64,000 nucleotides of DNA. It comes from Escherichia coli (lineage in GTDB: Bacteria > Pseudomonadota > Gammaproteobacteria > Enterobacterales > Enterobacteriaceae). The stretch is from NCBI RefSeq assembly GCF_029227855.1, contig NZ_CP074356.1, one strand, 5' to 3'. This document shows, piece after piece, positions 37,900 through 51,652 of this stretch; the first letter of the stretch is position 1, and every line of letters starts with the position of its first letter. Under the pieces are notes generated by a model. The model was not told where the DNA came from. It ran no database searches and saw nothing but the letters and a program-made list of their open reading frames with translations. A program made the position numbers and the translations under genes.

Positions 37900-39441
<1,542 letters not shown>

Positions 39442-39622
39442 AAAAGTTTGATGCTCAAAGAATTAAACTTCGTAATGAATTACGTGTTCACTCTTGAGAC
39501 TTGGTATTCATTTTTCGTCTTGCGACGTTAAGAATCCGTATCTTCGAGTGCCCACACAGATTGTCTGATAAATTGTTAAAGAGCAGTGCCGCTTCGCTTT
39601 TTCTCAGCGGCGCGGGGTGTGC

Positions 39623-39650
39623 ATAATACGCTTTCCCGCTACAGAGTCAA
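39623..39650 (-). promoter_or_regulatory. rrnC P2 promoter
   Basis: Reverse strand reads ttgact-(17)-tattat (-35 = 39645-39650, -10 = 39623-39628), followed by a GC-rich discriminator. Confidence 0.75.
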
Positions 39651-39741
39651 GCATTTATTTTTGCTTTCTCTGTCGGAATTCTCAGGAGAACCCCGCTGAC
39701 CCGGCGGCGTGTTTGCCGTTGTTCCGTGTCAGTGGTGGCGC

Positions 39742-39792
39742 ATTATAGGGAGTTATTCCGGCCTGACAAGAGGAAATTTAAAATAATTTTCT
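39742..39792 (-). promoter_or_regulatory. rrnC P1 promoter with UP element
   Basis: Reverse strand reads ttgtca-(16)-tataat-gcgccaccac (-35 = 39764-39769, -10 = 39742-39747) with an AT-rich UP element at 39771-39792. Confidence 0.8.
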
Positions 39793-39921
39793 GACCGCGC
39801 ATTTTTTCAGCAAAAGCCCCGTTAATGTGCCATAAAACAAGCAATTTGCCGTTTTTGCAACCGTAATCACACTTCCTGGTGGCATACTAAGGAGGAATAA
39901 AAAGAAAAAGGAAGATTAGTA

Positions 39922-40614
39922 ATGCCTTTAAGCGCACAACAGTTAGCTGCACAGAAAAACCTTTCGTATGTTCTGGCTGAGAAGCTGGCGCAACGCATCT
40001 TAAAAGGTGAATATGAACCCGGCACCATTTTGCCTGGTGAGATTGAGCTGGGCGAGCAATTTGGAGTGAGTCGTACAGCGGTACGCGAAGCGGTCAAAAC
40101 GTTAACGGCAAAAGGGATGGTTTTACCGCGACCGCGAATTGGTACCCGGGTCATGCCACAATCAAACTGGAATTTTCTTGATCAGGAATTGCTTACCTGG
40201 TGGATGACAGAAGAGAACTTTCATCAGGTCATCGATCACTTTCTGGTTATGCGTATCTGTCTGGAGCCGCAAGCTTGCCTACTGGCTGCAACGGTTGGCA
40301 CCGCGGAACAGAAGGCGCATCTCAATACGTTAATGGCCGAAATGGCGGCATTAAAAGAGAACTTTCGCCGTGAACGCTGGATCGAAGTCGATATGGCCTG
40401 GCATGAGCATATCTATGAAATGAGCGCCAATCCGTTTTTGACCTCATTCGCCTCGCTATTCCATTCGGTTTATCACACTTACTTCACGTCAATTACCAGC
40501 GACACAGTGATAAAGCTGGATCTGCACCAGGCGATTGTCGATGCGATTGTCCAAAGCGATGGCGACGCGGCATTTAAAGCTTGTCAGGCGCTGCTACGCT
40601 CACCTGATAAGTGA
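39922..40614 (+). CDS. yieP: GntR/FadR-family transcriptional regulator
   Basis: 230-aa ORF MPLSAQQLAAQKNLSYVLAEKLAQRILKGEYEPGTILPGEIELGEQFGVSRTAVREAVKTL with an N-terminal GntR wHTH and FadR-like C-terminal domain. Confidence 0.9.
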   Translation: MPLSAQQLAAQKNLSYVLAEKLAQRILKGEYEPGTILPGEIELGEQFGVSRTAVREAVKTLTAKGMVLPRPRIGTRVMPQSNWNFLDQELLTWWMTEENFHQVIDHFLVMRICLEPQACLLAATVGTAEQKAHLNTLMAEMAALKENFRRERWIEVDMAWHEHIYEMSANPFLTSFASLFHSVYHTYFTSITSDTVIKLDLHQAIVDAIVQSDGDAAFKACQALLRSPDK

Positions 40615-40636
40615 CAACCCGATAACAGGACATTGA

Positions 40637-42064
40637 ATGAGCGATAAAAAGAAGCGCAGTATGGCGGGTTTGCCGTGGATCGCGGCGATGGCCTTCTTCA
40701 TGCAGGCACTTGATGCCACTATTCTGAATACCGCCTTACCCGCAATCGCTCATAGCCTTAATCGTTCTCCTCTCGCGATGCAATCAGCCATCATCAGTTA
40801 TACGCTGACGGTGGCGATGCTTATTCCGGTAAGCGGATGGCTAGCCGATCGCTTCGGTACGCGTCGCATTTTTACCCTTGCCGTGAGTCTGTTCACATTG
40901 GGTTCTCTGGCCTGCGCACTTTCTAATTCGCTACCACAGCTGGTTGTCTTCCGGGTTATTCAGGGGATAGGCGGCGCAATGATGATGCCTGTTGCTCGGC
41001 TGGCCTTACTGCGCGCTTATCCTCGTAATGAACTTCTTCCAGTATTGAATTTTGTCGCCATGCCGGGTCTGGTGGGGCCAATTTTAGGCCCCGTTCTTGG
41101 CGGCGTGCTGGTCACCTGGGCAACCTGGCACTGGATATTTTTAATCAATATCCCCATAGGTATTGCGGGCCTTCTTTACGCGCGCAAACATATGCCCAAT
41201 TTCACCACCGCACGACGCAGATTCGATATCACTGGCTTTTTGCTGTTTGGCCTCAGCCTTGTTCTCTTCTCAAGCGGAATAGAGCTATTCGGGGAAAGGA
41301 TTGTCGCCAGCTGGATTGCCTTGACGGTAATTGTCACCAGCATCGGGTTACTGCTTCTCTATATTCTCCATGCGCGACACACGCCAAACCCATTAATTTC
41401 ATTAGATTTATTTAAAACCCGCACTTTCTCGATCGGTATCGTAGGCAATATTGCAACCCGTCTGGGGACCGGTTGTGTACCGTTCCTTATGCCATTGATG
41501 TTACAGGTAGGATTTGGTTATCAGGCGTTTATTGCCGGCTGTATGATGGCACCGACAGCGTTAGGTTCCATTATTGCAAAATCGATGGTTACCCAAGTCT
41601 TACGTCGTCTGGGCTATCGCCATACGTTAGTGGGGATCACGGTGATTATTGGGCTAATGATCGCTCAGTTCTCTTTGCAATCACCGGCAATGGCGATATG
41701 GATGCTGATCTTGCCGTTGTTTATATTAGGGATGGCTATGTCGACGCAATTTACCGCGATGAATACCATCACACTTGCCGATCTGACCGATGACAACGCC
41801 AGCAGCGGTAACAGTGTTCTGGCGGTCACGCAGCAACTGTCGATTAGTTTAGGCGTTGCTGTAAGTGCGGCCGTCCTTCGCGTTTATGAAGGGATGGAAG
41901 GCACAACGACTGTCGAACAATTCCACTATACGTTTATCACGATGGGCATTATTACTGTTGCTTCAGCAGCAATGTTCATGCTTCTGAAAACAACCGATGG
42001 TAATAATTTGATCAAAAGACAGCGTAAATCTAAGCCGAACCGCGTTCCATCAGAATCGGAGTAA
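40637..42064 (+). CDS. hsrA: MFS transporter (DHA2-like, 14-TM class)
   Basis: 475-aa polytopic [41 protein letters not shown]; identified as HsrA/YieO by position and sequence. Confidence 0.88.
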
Positions 42065-43022
42065 GTTGTAATCGTTGTTGCTGAAGGGTCGGCTGGGTTA
42101 TCCGATGGATGAGTACATCAATCGCCAGCTCCCCCAGTTCATCTTTCGGTTGGTGGATAGTGGTTAATGGTGGCGTCATAAAGCTTGCCAGTTCGATATC
42201 GTCATAGCCAATCACCGCGATATCCTGCGGAACCTGTAACTCTGCCTGATATAACGCCTGGTAAACGCCAACAGCCATAGCGTCATTTCCGGTAAAGACG
42301 GCCTGAGGACGCAGCGGATGTGATAACAGTTGGCGCATGGCGTCAAACCCGCCGTTAAATTCAAAATCACCAGTGACTTCATAGCCATCAGGAATGTTGA
42401 GACCCGCACGTTTCATCGCCGCCCGATAACCTTCCAACCGCAGGCGCGCCGGAGTTTTATCCAGCGGACCGGTAATACAGGCGATACGGGTATGACCTTT
42501 ATCGATCAGATATTGCGTTGCTAAGTCTCCGCCCAGCAACGAGTTATCCTGAATAAGATCGCTGTCGCCATCGAACGGAGCCCAGTCCATCATCACAGTA
42601 GGCACTGTCGGATAACGTTGCATGATTTCACGCGAAGGTTGATGCGTTTCGGTGCACAGTAACAGCAAGCCATCAACGCGTTTTTGCATCAGCGTTTCCA
42701 GATTGCGATTCATCCGCTGTTCATCGCCTTCGGTATTGCAAAGGACGAGACTATAACCGCGTTCGAAGCAGCTGCGTTCAACGCCACGCACCAGTTCTGA
42801 ATAGAAAGGATTGGTACTGGCAGTGATCAACATGCCAATGGTATGTGTTTGATTGAGTTTGAGGCTACGCGCCAGGGCTGATGGCGCGTAATTGAGTTCT
42901 TTAATCGCCGCTTCAACTTTGGCGGTAATCGCTTCACTGACGAAGCGATCTTTATTGATAACGTGAGAAACTGTTGAGGTAGAAACGCCCGCCAGGCGGG
43001 CAACATCTTTCATTGTAGCCAA
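42030..43022 (-). CDS. rbsR: Ribose operon repressor (LacI family)
   Basis: ORF (M)[42 protein letters not shown] (330 codons); first codon is TTG at 43020-43022, alternative ATG at 43011-43013; 3' end overlaps hsrA by 35 nt. Confidence 0.9.
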
Positions 43023-43025
43023 GCG

Positions 43026-43955
43026 TCACCTCTGCCTGTCTAAAAATGCGTCGATCTCTTCACGCCACGGTACGGAAGGTTGTGCGCCTTTACGTGTTAC
43101 GGCAATCGCAGCGGCAGCATGGGCAAACCGAATCGCCTCTGGCAATGGTTTTTCTTCCAGCAACGCCGTGATTAACGCGCCGTTAAAGGTATCTCCGGCA
43201 GCAATGGTATCGACAGCCTGCACCCGGAATCCAGGAACGCGCTGACCTTCACCATTCACGCTAGCCCATACACCACGACTTCCTAAAGTAATCAGTACAG
43301 TACGGATACCTTTTTCATGCAGTACCTGCGCCGCCTTCGCTGCATCTTCATCATTTTCAACACGAATACCGGTGAGCTTTTCTGCTTCCGTTTCGTTTGG
43401 CGTAATAATGTCCACCAGCGCCAGCAGTTCGTCAGGAAGTTCGCGAGCCGGAGCCGGGTTAAGCGCAACGATAGTCTTATTTTGATGGGCGATTTTCGCC
43501 GCTGCCATCACACTTTCGAGTGGTGATTCCAGCTGCATTAATAATGCTGACGCGTTGGCAATACGCTCACGTTGCGCTTCCACCAGCGCCGGGGAAAGGG
43601 CAGCATTAGCGCCGGCATGAATACCGATGACATTCTCACCTTCGCCATTAACAAAAATCAGCGCCACACCTGTTGATTCGCCTTTGATCACGCTGACCGG
43701 AGTAATATCAATGTTATCAGTGGCGAGCTGCTGGCGAACGCTCTCACCAATGCTGTCATCACCCGTACAGGCAATAAACGCGATATTCGCACCGCTACGC
43801 CCAGCAGCCACAGCCTGATTCGCGCCTTTGCCGCCAAATGCAACCTGATAGTGGTTACCGGTTACGGTTTCGCCTGGAGTAGGAAAAGATTGAAGATTAA
43901 GAATGTGGTCAGCATTAATGCTGCCAAGAACAACGAGGCTGCCTGCGTTTTGCAT
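43026..43955 (-). CDS. rbsK: Ribokinase
   Basis: Translation from ATG 43953-43955: MQNAGSLVVLGSINADHILNLQSFPTPGETVTGNHYQVAFGGKGANQAVAAG (309 aa). Confidence 0.95.
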   Translation of the reverse strand: MQNAGSLVVLGSINADHILNLQSFPTPGETVTGNHYQVAFGGKGANQAVAAGRSGANIAFIACTGDDSIGESVRQQLATDNIDITPVSVIKGESTGVALIFVNGEGENVIGIHAGANAALSPALVEAQRERIANASALLMQLESPLESVMAAAKIAHQNKTIVALNPAPARELPDELLALVDIITPNETEAEKLTGIRVENDEDAAKAAQVLHEKGIRTVLITLGSRGVWASVNGEGQRVPGFRVQAVDTIAAGDTFNGALITALLEEKPLPEAIRFAHAAAAIAVTRKGAQPSVPWREEIDAFLDRQR

Positions 43956-44080
43956 ATTCGGGATGTCCATAAAATGCGCCACCGTGTTAGGGTGGCGCGT
44001 GCCCTGCTTTTCTTTATATTACACGTTCATCTGTCGATGACGTATTTATGTCACCATCAGGTCATACAACCTGATTAAAA

Positions 44081-44971
44081 CTACTGCTTAACAACCAGTT
44101 TCAGATCAACCGGATACTTAGCCTGAACTTTCTCGCCTTTCAGCACTTTATCTGCGGTTTCGACGCCTTTCGCGCCAATCTGATCGGGTAGCTGAGCGAT
44201 AGTCGCTGCTAGTTTGCCATCATTCACCGCTTTTTCGCCATCCGGTGTACCGTCAAATCCGACGACCATCACATCCGATTTACCGGCAGTTTGCAGTGCG
44301 CGCAGCGCGCCCAGCGCCATTTCATCATTCTGCGCGAATACAGCCTGAACATCCGGATGAGCGGTCAACAGGTTCTGCATTACGTTCAAACCTTTAGTGC
44401 GATCAAAATCTGCTGGCTGGCTGGCAAGAACATTAAACTTGTGAGCAGCAACGGCCTGCTGGAAGCCTTCGCCACGTTCACGGGCTGCGGATGTACCAGC
44501 AATGCCTTGCAGCTCGATAACTTTGGCACCTTCACCCGCTTTCTTCGCGATGTAATCACCGGCGATTTTGCCACCCAGTACGTTATCAGAAGCAATGTGG
44601 CTCACCACTTCACCTTTCGTTGCCTGGCGGTCAAGAGTGATAACCGGGATGTTCGCCTGGTTAGCCATCTTCACAGCATTACCTACTGCGTCGGAGTCGG
44701 TCGGGTTAATCAGCAGAATTTTGGTGCCGCGAACGGTTAAGTCCTGCACGTTCGCCAGCTCTTTCGCCGGGTTGTTCTGGGAGTCCAGCACCACCAGGTT
44801 ATAGCCAAGCTTATCCGCCTCTTTCTGCGCGCCATCTTTCAGCGATACAAAGAACGGGTTGTTAAGCGTGGAGACCACCAGCGCGATGGTGTCTTTTGCC
44901 ATCGCATTCGCACTGACGGTGGCGCTTAGCGCAACAGCGGAAACCAGGGTAGCCAGTTTTTTCATGTTCAT
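44081..44971 (-). CDS. rbsB: Ribose ABC transporter periplasmic binding protein
   Basis: Translation from ATG 44969-44971: [41 protein letters not shown], with a signal peptide (296 aa). Confidence 0.95.
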   Translation of the reverse strand: MNMKKLATLVSAVALSATVSANAMAKDTIALVVSTLNNPFFVSLKDGAQKEADKLGYNLVVLDSQNNPAKELANVQDLTVRGTKILLINPTDSDAVGNAVKMANQANIPVITLDRQATKGEVVSHIASDNVLGGKIAGDYIAKKAGEGAKVIELQGIAGTSAARERGEGFQQAVAAHKFNVLASQPADFDRTKGLNVMQNLLTAHPDVQAVFAQNDEMALGALRALQTAGKSDVMVVGFDGTPDGEKAVNDGKLAATIAQLPDQIGAKGVETADKVLKGEKVQAKYPVDLKLVVKQ

Positions 44972-44995
44972 ATTCAAGATGTCCTGTAGTCGTTA

Positions 44996-45961
44996 TTACT
45001 GCTTTTTGTTGTCTACCAGCACCGCCAGCAAAATCACCACCGCTTTGACGATCATCTGGTAATAGGAGGAAACACCTAACAAATTCAATCCATTATTAAG
45101 GAAGCCAAGAATTAATGCGCCGATCAACGTCCCAACAATGCGACCTTTTCCGCCCGCCAGACTCGTACCGCCCAGAACCACCGCAGCAATAGCATCCAGC
45201 TCATAGCCAGTCCCCGCCGTGGGTTGTGCGGAGGAGAGACGCGCCACTTCAATGATCCCGGCCAGCGATGCCAGCAGACCACAAAGAGAATAGACGATGA
45301 TTTTGATTTTATTGACGTTGATACCAGAAAGACGCGTTGCCGCTTCGTTGCCGCCCAGCGCGTAGATGTAACGCCCCAGACGCGTGTGATGCAGCATGTA
45401 CCAGGCCGCGAGGAAGACAATCCCCATGATCCAGACTGGCGTCGGTACGCCCAGCGGACGACCAATACCAAACCAGCCAAACAGATCGGCGTTCTCAGTA
45501 AAGCCGGTATTCACTGGGCTACCGTTGGTATAAACCATGGTCACGCCGCGCAGTAAAAGCATCATAACCAGCGTAGCGATAAACGCCTGAACGCGACCTT
45601 TCGCTACAATCACCCCGGTTACCGCACCAATTGCGGCACCTAACGCGAGAGCGGCAGCGACAGCCACCAGCGCATTGACTTCAATGCCGACGATAGATGC
45701 AGCAACTGCGCCGGTTAGCGCCAACAGAGAACCTACAGACAAGTCGATGCCCGACGTCAGGATCACCAGCGTCATCCCGACCGCCATAATGGCGTTCACC
45801 GAGGTTTGCTGGAGAATATTGAATAAGTTATTGATGGTGAAAAAGTTCGGGCTTAACGTCGAGACAATCGCGATCAGCACCAGCAGAGCGATAAGCGATT
45901 TCTGCTCCATCAGCCACGCTTTCGTGAAATAACGGCGACCAGAGACAGTCTGGGTTGTCAT
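44996..45961 (-). CDS. rbsC: Ribose ABC transporter permease
   Basis: 321-aa polytopic ORF MTTQTVSGRRYFTKAWLMEQKSLIALLVLIAIVSTL. Confidence 0.95.
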   Translation of the reverse strand: MTTQTVSGRRYFTKAWLMEQKSLIALLVLIAIVSTLSPNFFTINNLFNILQQTSVNAIMAVGMTLVILTSGIDLSVGSLLALTGAVAASIVGIEVNALVAVAAALALGAAIGAVTGVIVAKGRVQAFIATLVMMLLLRGVTMVYTNGSPVNTGFTENADLFGWFGIGRPLGVPTPVWIMGIVFLAAWYMLHHTRLGRYIYALGGNEAATRLSGINVNKIKIIVYSLCGLLASLAGIIEVARLSSAQPTAGTGYELDAIAAVVLGGTSLAGGKGRIVGTLIGALILGFLNNGLNLLGVSSYYQMIVKAVVILLAVLVDNKKQ

Positions 45962-45965
45962 TTTT

Positions 45966-47471
45966 TTACTCCTGATTCACGCGATTAAGCTTGCCCACAG
46001 CGGCAGCCATTAACACTTCCTGGGTGGCCTGCTCACGAGTAAATTCCCCGCTGAGATGCCCTTCATGCATGACGATGATGCGATCGCTCATGCCTAATAC
46101 TTCTGGCATCTCCGATGACACCAGAATGATGCTCAAGCCATCGGCTTTGAACTGGTTAATCAGTTGATAGATCTCTTTTTTCGCGCCGACATCTACGCCA
46201 CGGGTAGGTTCATCAAGGATCAACACTTTGGGGCGTGTCATCAGACCGCGGGCAATCGCCACTTTTTGCTGATTGCCACCGGAAAGCAGACCAATTGCCT
46301 GTTCCATCGACGGTGTTTTCACATTAAACAGACGAATGAAATCACTCACAGCCTGCTGTTCATCGGCATGCTTCAAACTGCCGCCAGCGCGGCTGAAGTA
46401 GCGCAGCGCTGTCAGCGACATGTTCTCTTTTACTGACATGCCCAACACTAAACCGTCACGTTTACGGTCTTCGGAGATATACACAATGCCGCTTGCCAGG
46501 CCATCCTGCGGTGAACGGGTAACGACTTCATGCCCATCCAGGGTGACGTAACCGCTGGTGCGCGGTAGTGCGCCGTAGAGCACTTTCATCAGTTCGGTAC
46601 GACCTGCGCCCATCAAACCAGAGACGCCAAGAATTTCGCCTTTGCGTAAAGTAAAAGAGACATCGTTAACGCCAGGTCCGCAGAGATTATCGACTTTCAG
46701 GCGGATATCTCCCGGCGCTTTGTCCAGGTGTGGATATTGATCTTCCAGCTTGCGGCCCACCATCATCTCAATCAGCGAATCTTCGGTCAGTGATGCCACT
46801 TCGCGCTCAGCAATAAATTGCCCGTCACGAAAAACGGTAACGTCATCGCAAATCTCGAAGATTTCTTTCATGCGGTGGGAGATATAGACAATACCGCGGC
46901 CTTGCGATTTCAGCTCGCGTATGACGCGGAACAGGGATTCGGTTTCGGTATCGGTCAGCGCATCGGTCGGTTCATCCATAATGATGACTTTCGACTCAAA
47001 GCTCAGCACTTTGGCGATTTCAACCATTTGCTGGTCACCGATGGAAAGATCGCCCACCAGCTTGTCGCTTTTAAAGCGCAGGTTAAGTTTAGCCAGCAAT
47101 TTATCCGCTTCGGCATACATGGTTTTCCAGTCAATTTTGCCAAAGCGATTAACAAACTCACGACCGAGGAAAATGTTTTCGGCAATGGTCAACTGCGGGA
47201 TCAGGTTCAGTTCCTGATGGATAATCCCAATCCCGGCTTCCTGGGAAGATTTCGGCCCGGTAAATGTCGTTTCTTTCCCCAGCCATAAAAGCGTGCCGGC
47301 ATCGCGAGCATAGATACCAGTAAGCACTTTCATCATGGTGGATTTACCCGCGCCGTTTTCGCCCACCAGCGCCATCACGCGGCCCGGATAGACATTTAAC
47401 GCTGCGCCCGAGAGGGCTTTTACGCCCGGGAAGGCTTTATCGATGCCTTTAAGCTGAAGTAATGCTTCCAT
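45966..47471 (-). CDS. rbsA: Ribose ABC transporter ATP-binding protein (duplicated ABC domains)
   Basis: 501-aa [53 protein letters not shown] with Walker A and a second ABC domain. Confidence 0.95.
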   Translation of the reverse strand: MEALLQLKGIDKAFPGVKALSGAALNVYPGRVMALVGENGAGKSTMMKVLTGIYARDAGTLLWLGKETTFTGPKSSQEAGIGIIHQELNLIPQLTIAENIFLGREFVNRFGKIDWKTMYAEADKLLAKLNLRFKSDKLVGDLSIGDQQMVEIAKVLSFESKVIIMDEPTDALTDTETESLFRVIRELKSQGRGIVYISHRMKEIFEICDDVTVFRDGQFIAEREVASLTEDSLIEMMVGRKLEDQYPHLDKAPGDIRLKVDNLCGPGVNDVSFTLRKGEILGVSGLMGAGRTELMKVLYGALPRTSGYVTLDGHEVVTRSPQDGLASGIVYISEDRKRDGLVLGMSVKENMSLTALRYFSRAGGSLKHADEQQAVSDFIRLFNVKTPSMEQAIGLLSGGNQQKVAIARGLMTRPKVLILDEPTRGVDVGAKKEIYQLINQFKADGLSIILVSSEMPEVLGMSDRIIVMHEGHLSGEFTREQATQEVLMAAAVGKLNRVNQE

Positions 47472-47478
47472 GACGGCC

Positions 47479-47898
47479 TCAGAACGTCACGCCAGCACAG
47501 AGAATGATATTCGCATACGGAGAACATTCTCCGCTGCGAATTACCGCCTGACTTTCTGCGGTTTGTTGTTTGAATTGTTCATGCGTGGTGTAACGAATTT
47601 CAATGGTATTTCCCTGGTGTTTTTGCAGCTGCTCAAGGTGAGTGAGCAACGTTTCGTGGAGTTGCGGATTATGTTGTTTGATCTCTTCCGCGATAATGGC
47701 AGCCTCGACCTGCATTTCATTTGTGACGACGCCCAGCACCTGCATAAAAGAAGGTACACCCTGGGTTAATGCCATATCGATACGCGTTGTACTTTTGGGG
47801 ATGGGTAAACCAGCATCACACACCACCAGCGTATCGGTATGTCCCAGACGGGAGATCACCGATGAAATATCAGAATTAAGAACGGTGCCTTTTTTCAT
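47479..47898 (-). CDS. rbsD: D-ribose pyranase
   Basis: Translation from ATG 47896-47898: [34 protein letters not shown] (139 aa); the ORF track starts 4 codons upstream. Confidence 0.92.
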   Translation of the reverse strand: MKKGTVLNSDISSVISRLGHTDTLVVCDAGLPIPKSTTRIDMALTQGVPSFMQVLGVVTNEMQVEAAIIAEEIKQHNPQLHETLLTHLEQLQKHQGNTIEIRYTTHEQFKQQTAESQAVIRSGECSPYANIILCAGVTF

Positions 47899-47910
47899 TT
47901 TTTTCTCCAT

Positions 47911-47928
47911 CAGCGAAACGTTTCGCTG
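47911..47928. promoter_or_regulatory. rbs operator (RbsR binding site)
   Basis: Perfect 18-bp palindrome cagcgaaacgtttcgctg immediately upstream of rbsD; LacI-family operator architecture. Confidence 0.7.
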
Positions 47929-48064
47929 ACCCGCAGTTTAATCCTGACTGAGTTGGGAAAACCATCGTGACGTTACGGAAATGTGATCAACCTCGAAACG
48001 TTTTACATGGTGATTAACCATGAAAACAAAAACGCCCCCTTATGGAGAAAGGAGGCGTCTGGCG

Positions 48065-49933
48065 TTAGATTTCGACCTGAGTACCCAGTTCGATAACCCT
48101 GTTTGGCGGAATTTCAAATTGATCTGGTGCACGCAGCGCATTACGTTGCAGCAGCAAGTACAGCTTGCCGCGCAGACGCAAATACCACGGGCGTTTGCCG
48201 AGGATCAACGACTCATGCGACATAAAGAAGGAGGTTTCCATCATCCGGCAACTTAATCCTTCCAGACCGCAGCGGTGGAAAACTTCTTCCACGTTTGGCG
48301 TTTCTCGCCAACCATAACTTGCCACCACGCGCCAGAAAGTGGGCGACAGTTGTTCAATCTGTACCCGACGGACATTATGGACATATGGCGCGTCTTCGGT
48401 ACGCAGAGTTAACAGAATCACCCGCTCATGCAATACCTTGTTATGTTTAAGGTTATGCATCAGCGCAAAGGGAATGACGTTGATTGCACGCGACATATAC
48501 ACCGCGGTCCCGGGCACGCGAACAGGCGGTGATTTCTCCAGCGAAGCAATCATCGCTTCCAGAGAGTTACCATGTTCATGCATCCGCCGCAGCAAGCGGA
48601 AACGCTCGCTCTTCCAGGTGGTCATCACGATAAACATCACAGTACCGAGGCTCAATGGCAACCAGCCGCCGGAGAGCAGTTTATCGAGGTTAGCGGTGAA
48701 CAATGGAATATCGACACAAAGGAAAGCAATCAGGATCAGCGCAACAAAATACTTATTCCAGTGCCAGTTCTGACGTGCCACGGTAGTCGAGAGAATAGAC
48801 GTCAGCACCATGGTTCCGGTCACCGCAATCCCGTACGCCGCCGCCAGGTTGCTGGAGTGCTCAAAGCTGACAATCACAATCACGACCGCGACATAGAGCA
48901 TCCAGTTCACAAACGGAATATAGATTTGCCCTGACTCCATTTCGGAGGTGTGAATAATGCGCATCGGCGACAAATATCCCAGACGTACCGCCTGACGCGT
49001 CAATGAGAAGACGCCAGAGATAACCGCCTGCGAGGCAATTACCGTCGCCAGTGCGGCGATGATCAGCAGCGGGATCAGCGCCCAGTCCGGTGCCAACAGG
49101 AAGAACGGGTTCTTAATCGCTTCCGGGTTCTTTAACAACAGCGCTCCCTGACCGAAGTAATTAAGGGTCAAGGAAGGTAATACGACGGTGAACCACGCCA
49201 GGCGAATAGGGAACTTACCAAAGTGCCCCATATCAGCATACAGCGCCTCGACCCCCGTAATCGACAACACCACTGCCCCTAATGCAATAAAAGAAACCGT
49301 TTTGTATTCAAGGAAGAAATGCACCGCCCACATTGGATTCAGCGCATGCAGCACTTCCGGGTTAGCAATAATGCTACGTAACCCCAGTCCTGCCAGAATC
49401 AAAAACCAGGTCAGCATGATCGGCGCAAACAGCTTACCGACCATAGCCGTGCCATGTTTTTGAATCATAAATAATAAAGTGAGAACGATAATTGAGAGGG
49501 GAACTATCCAGGTATCCAGCTGCGGGGCGACGATTTCCAGACCTTCAATGGCTGACATCACCGAAATAGCGGGTGTTATGACGACTTCACCATAGAAAAA
49601 GCTGCCGCCGATTAGCCCCATAATCACCAGCATTGATGTGGTTCGCGCCGACGTATTACGCCCGGCAAGCGACATCAACGTCAGGATCCCCCCCTCACCG
49701 GCGTTATCTGCCCGCATCACGAAGGTGAGATATTTAATGGAAACCACAAAGATTAGCAGCCAGAAGATCAGCGATAAAAAGCCAAACACGGCATCGCGTT
49801 CAACGCCAAAACCAAACTGGCCGGACAAACATTCACGAAGTGTATATAACGGGCTGGTACCAATATCGCCGTAGACAACTCCAATCGCCGCGAGGGTAAT
49901 CGCGGGCAATGATTGCTTATTATCAGTGCTCAT
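48065..49933 (-). CDS. kup: Low-affinity K+ uptake transporter Kup (TrkD)
   Basis: 622-aa polytopic [45 protein letters not shown]. Confidence 0.95.
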
Positions 49934-50155
49934 AGACTAGTCTTTCGTTGAAATATGAAATGTGTGCTTAGTCCCTTGGCCCACAAAAAAGCGCACAGTA
50001 TGCACGATTAACGGCAAAATCGTACTCCTAAATGCGGCCACATTAACCTGGCTCAAAGAAAAATACCCCCCCTTTGAGACTATTTTAGCCACCAGCAAGA
50101 AACGTCTATACTCGCAATTTACGCAGAACTTTTGACGAAAGGACGCCACTTCATT

Positions 50156-51652
50156 ATGGCTCACCCTCATTTATTAGCGGAAAGAATTTCCCGCCTGAGC
50201 AGTTCGTTGGAAAAGGGGCTTTATGAACGTAGCCACGCCATCCGCTTGTGTTTATTAGCGGCATTAAGTGGTGAAAGTGTGTTCCTCCTTGGCCCGCCAG
50301 GTATTGCCAAAAGTTTGATCGCCCGGCGCTTAAAATTCGCCTTTCAGAATGCCCGCGCGTTTGAATATCTGATGACCCGCTTCTCCACGCCGGAAGAAGT
50401 TTTTGGTCCCCTTTCTATTCAGGCGCTAAAAGATGAAGGGCGCTATGAACGTTTAACCAGCGGTTACCTGCCGGAAGCAGAAATTGTCTTTCTGGATGAG
50501 ATCTGGAAAGCGGGCCCGGCAATTCTTAATACCTTGCTCACCGCCATTAACGAGCGCCAGTTCCGCAACGGTGCACACGTAGAAAAAATCCCGATGCGTC
50601 TGCTGGTGGCGGCCTCCAACGAGCTGCCGGAAGCAGACAGCAGTCTGGAAGCGTTATATGACCGCATGCTGATTCGTCTGTGGTTAGATAAAGTGCAGGA
50701 TAAAGCGAATTTCCGCTCCATGCTGACCAGTCAACAGGATGAAAACGACAATCCGGTTCCTGATGCCTTGCAGGTCACAGATGAAGAATATGAACGCTGG
50801 CAGAAAGAGATTGGTGAAATTACGCTGCCCGATCATGTATTTGAGCTGATTTTTATGCTGCGCCAGCAACTGGATAAATTACCGGATGCGCCTTATGTCT
50901 CGGATCGTCGCTGGAAAAAAGCGATCCGCTTATTGCAGGCCAGCGCCTTTTTTAGCGGTCGCAGTGCTGTTGCCCCGGTAGATCTCATTTTGCTGAAAGA
51001 TTGCCTGTGGTATGACGCGCAAAGCCTGAATTTGATACAACAACAAATTGATGTATTGATGACCGGTCACGCCTGGCAACAGCAAGGGATGTTGACTCGC
51101 CTTGGCGCGATTGTGCAACGTCACCTGCAACTCCAGCAGCAACAAAGCGATAAAACAGCCTTAACGGTAATTCGTCTGGGCGGCATTTTCAGCCGTCGTC
51201 AGCAGTATCAACTTCCTGTTAACGTTACTGCTTCCACTCTGACTCTGCTGCTGCAAAAACCGTTAAAATTGCATGATATGGAAGTGGTTCATATCTCCTT
51301 TGAGCGTAACGCGCTGGAACAGTGGCTGAGTAAAGGTGGTGAAATTCGCGGCAAACTGAACGGTATCGGCTTTGCCCAGAAATTGAATCTGGAAGTGGAT
51401 AGCGCCCAACATCTTGTTGTACGCGATGTAAGTTTACAAGGCAGTACGCTGGCACTTCCCGGTTCATCGGCTGAAGGTCTGCCAGGTGAAATAAAACAAC
51501 AACTGGAAGAGCTTGAAAGTGACTGGCGCAAGCAACACGCTTTATTCAGCGAACAGCAAAAATGTCTGTTTATCCCTGGCGACTGGTTAGGTCGCATTGA
51601 AGCCAGCCTACAGGATGTCGGCGCACAGATTCGCCAGGCACAACAATGCTAA
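50156..51652 (+). CDS. ravA: MoxR-family AAA+ ATPase RavA
   Basis: Translation from ATG 50156: [53 protein letters not shown] (498 aa); the ORF track starts 8 codons upstream. Confidence 0.93.
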
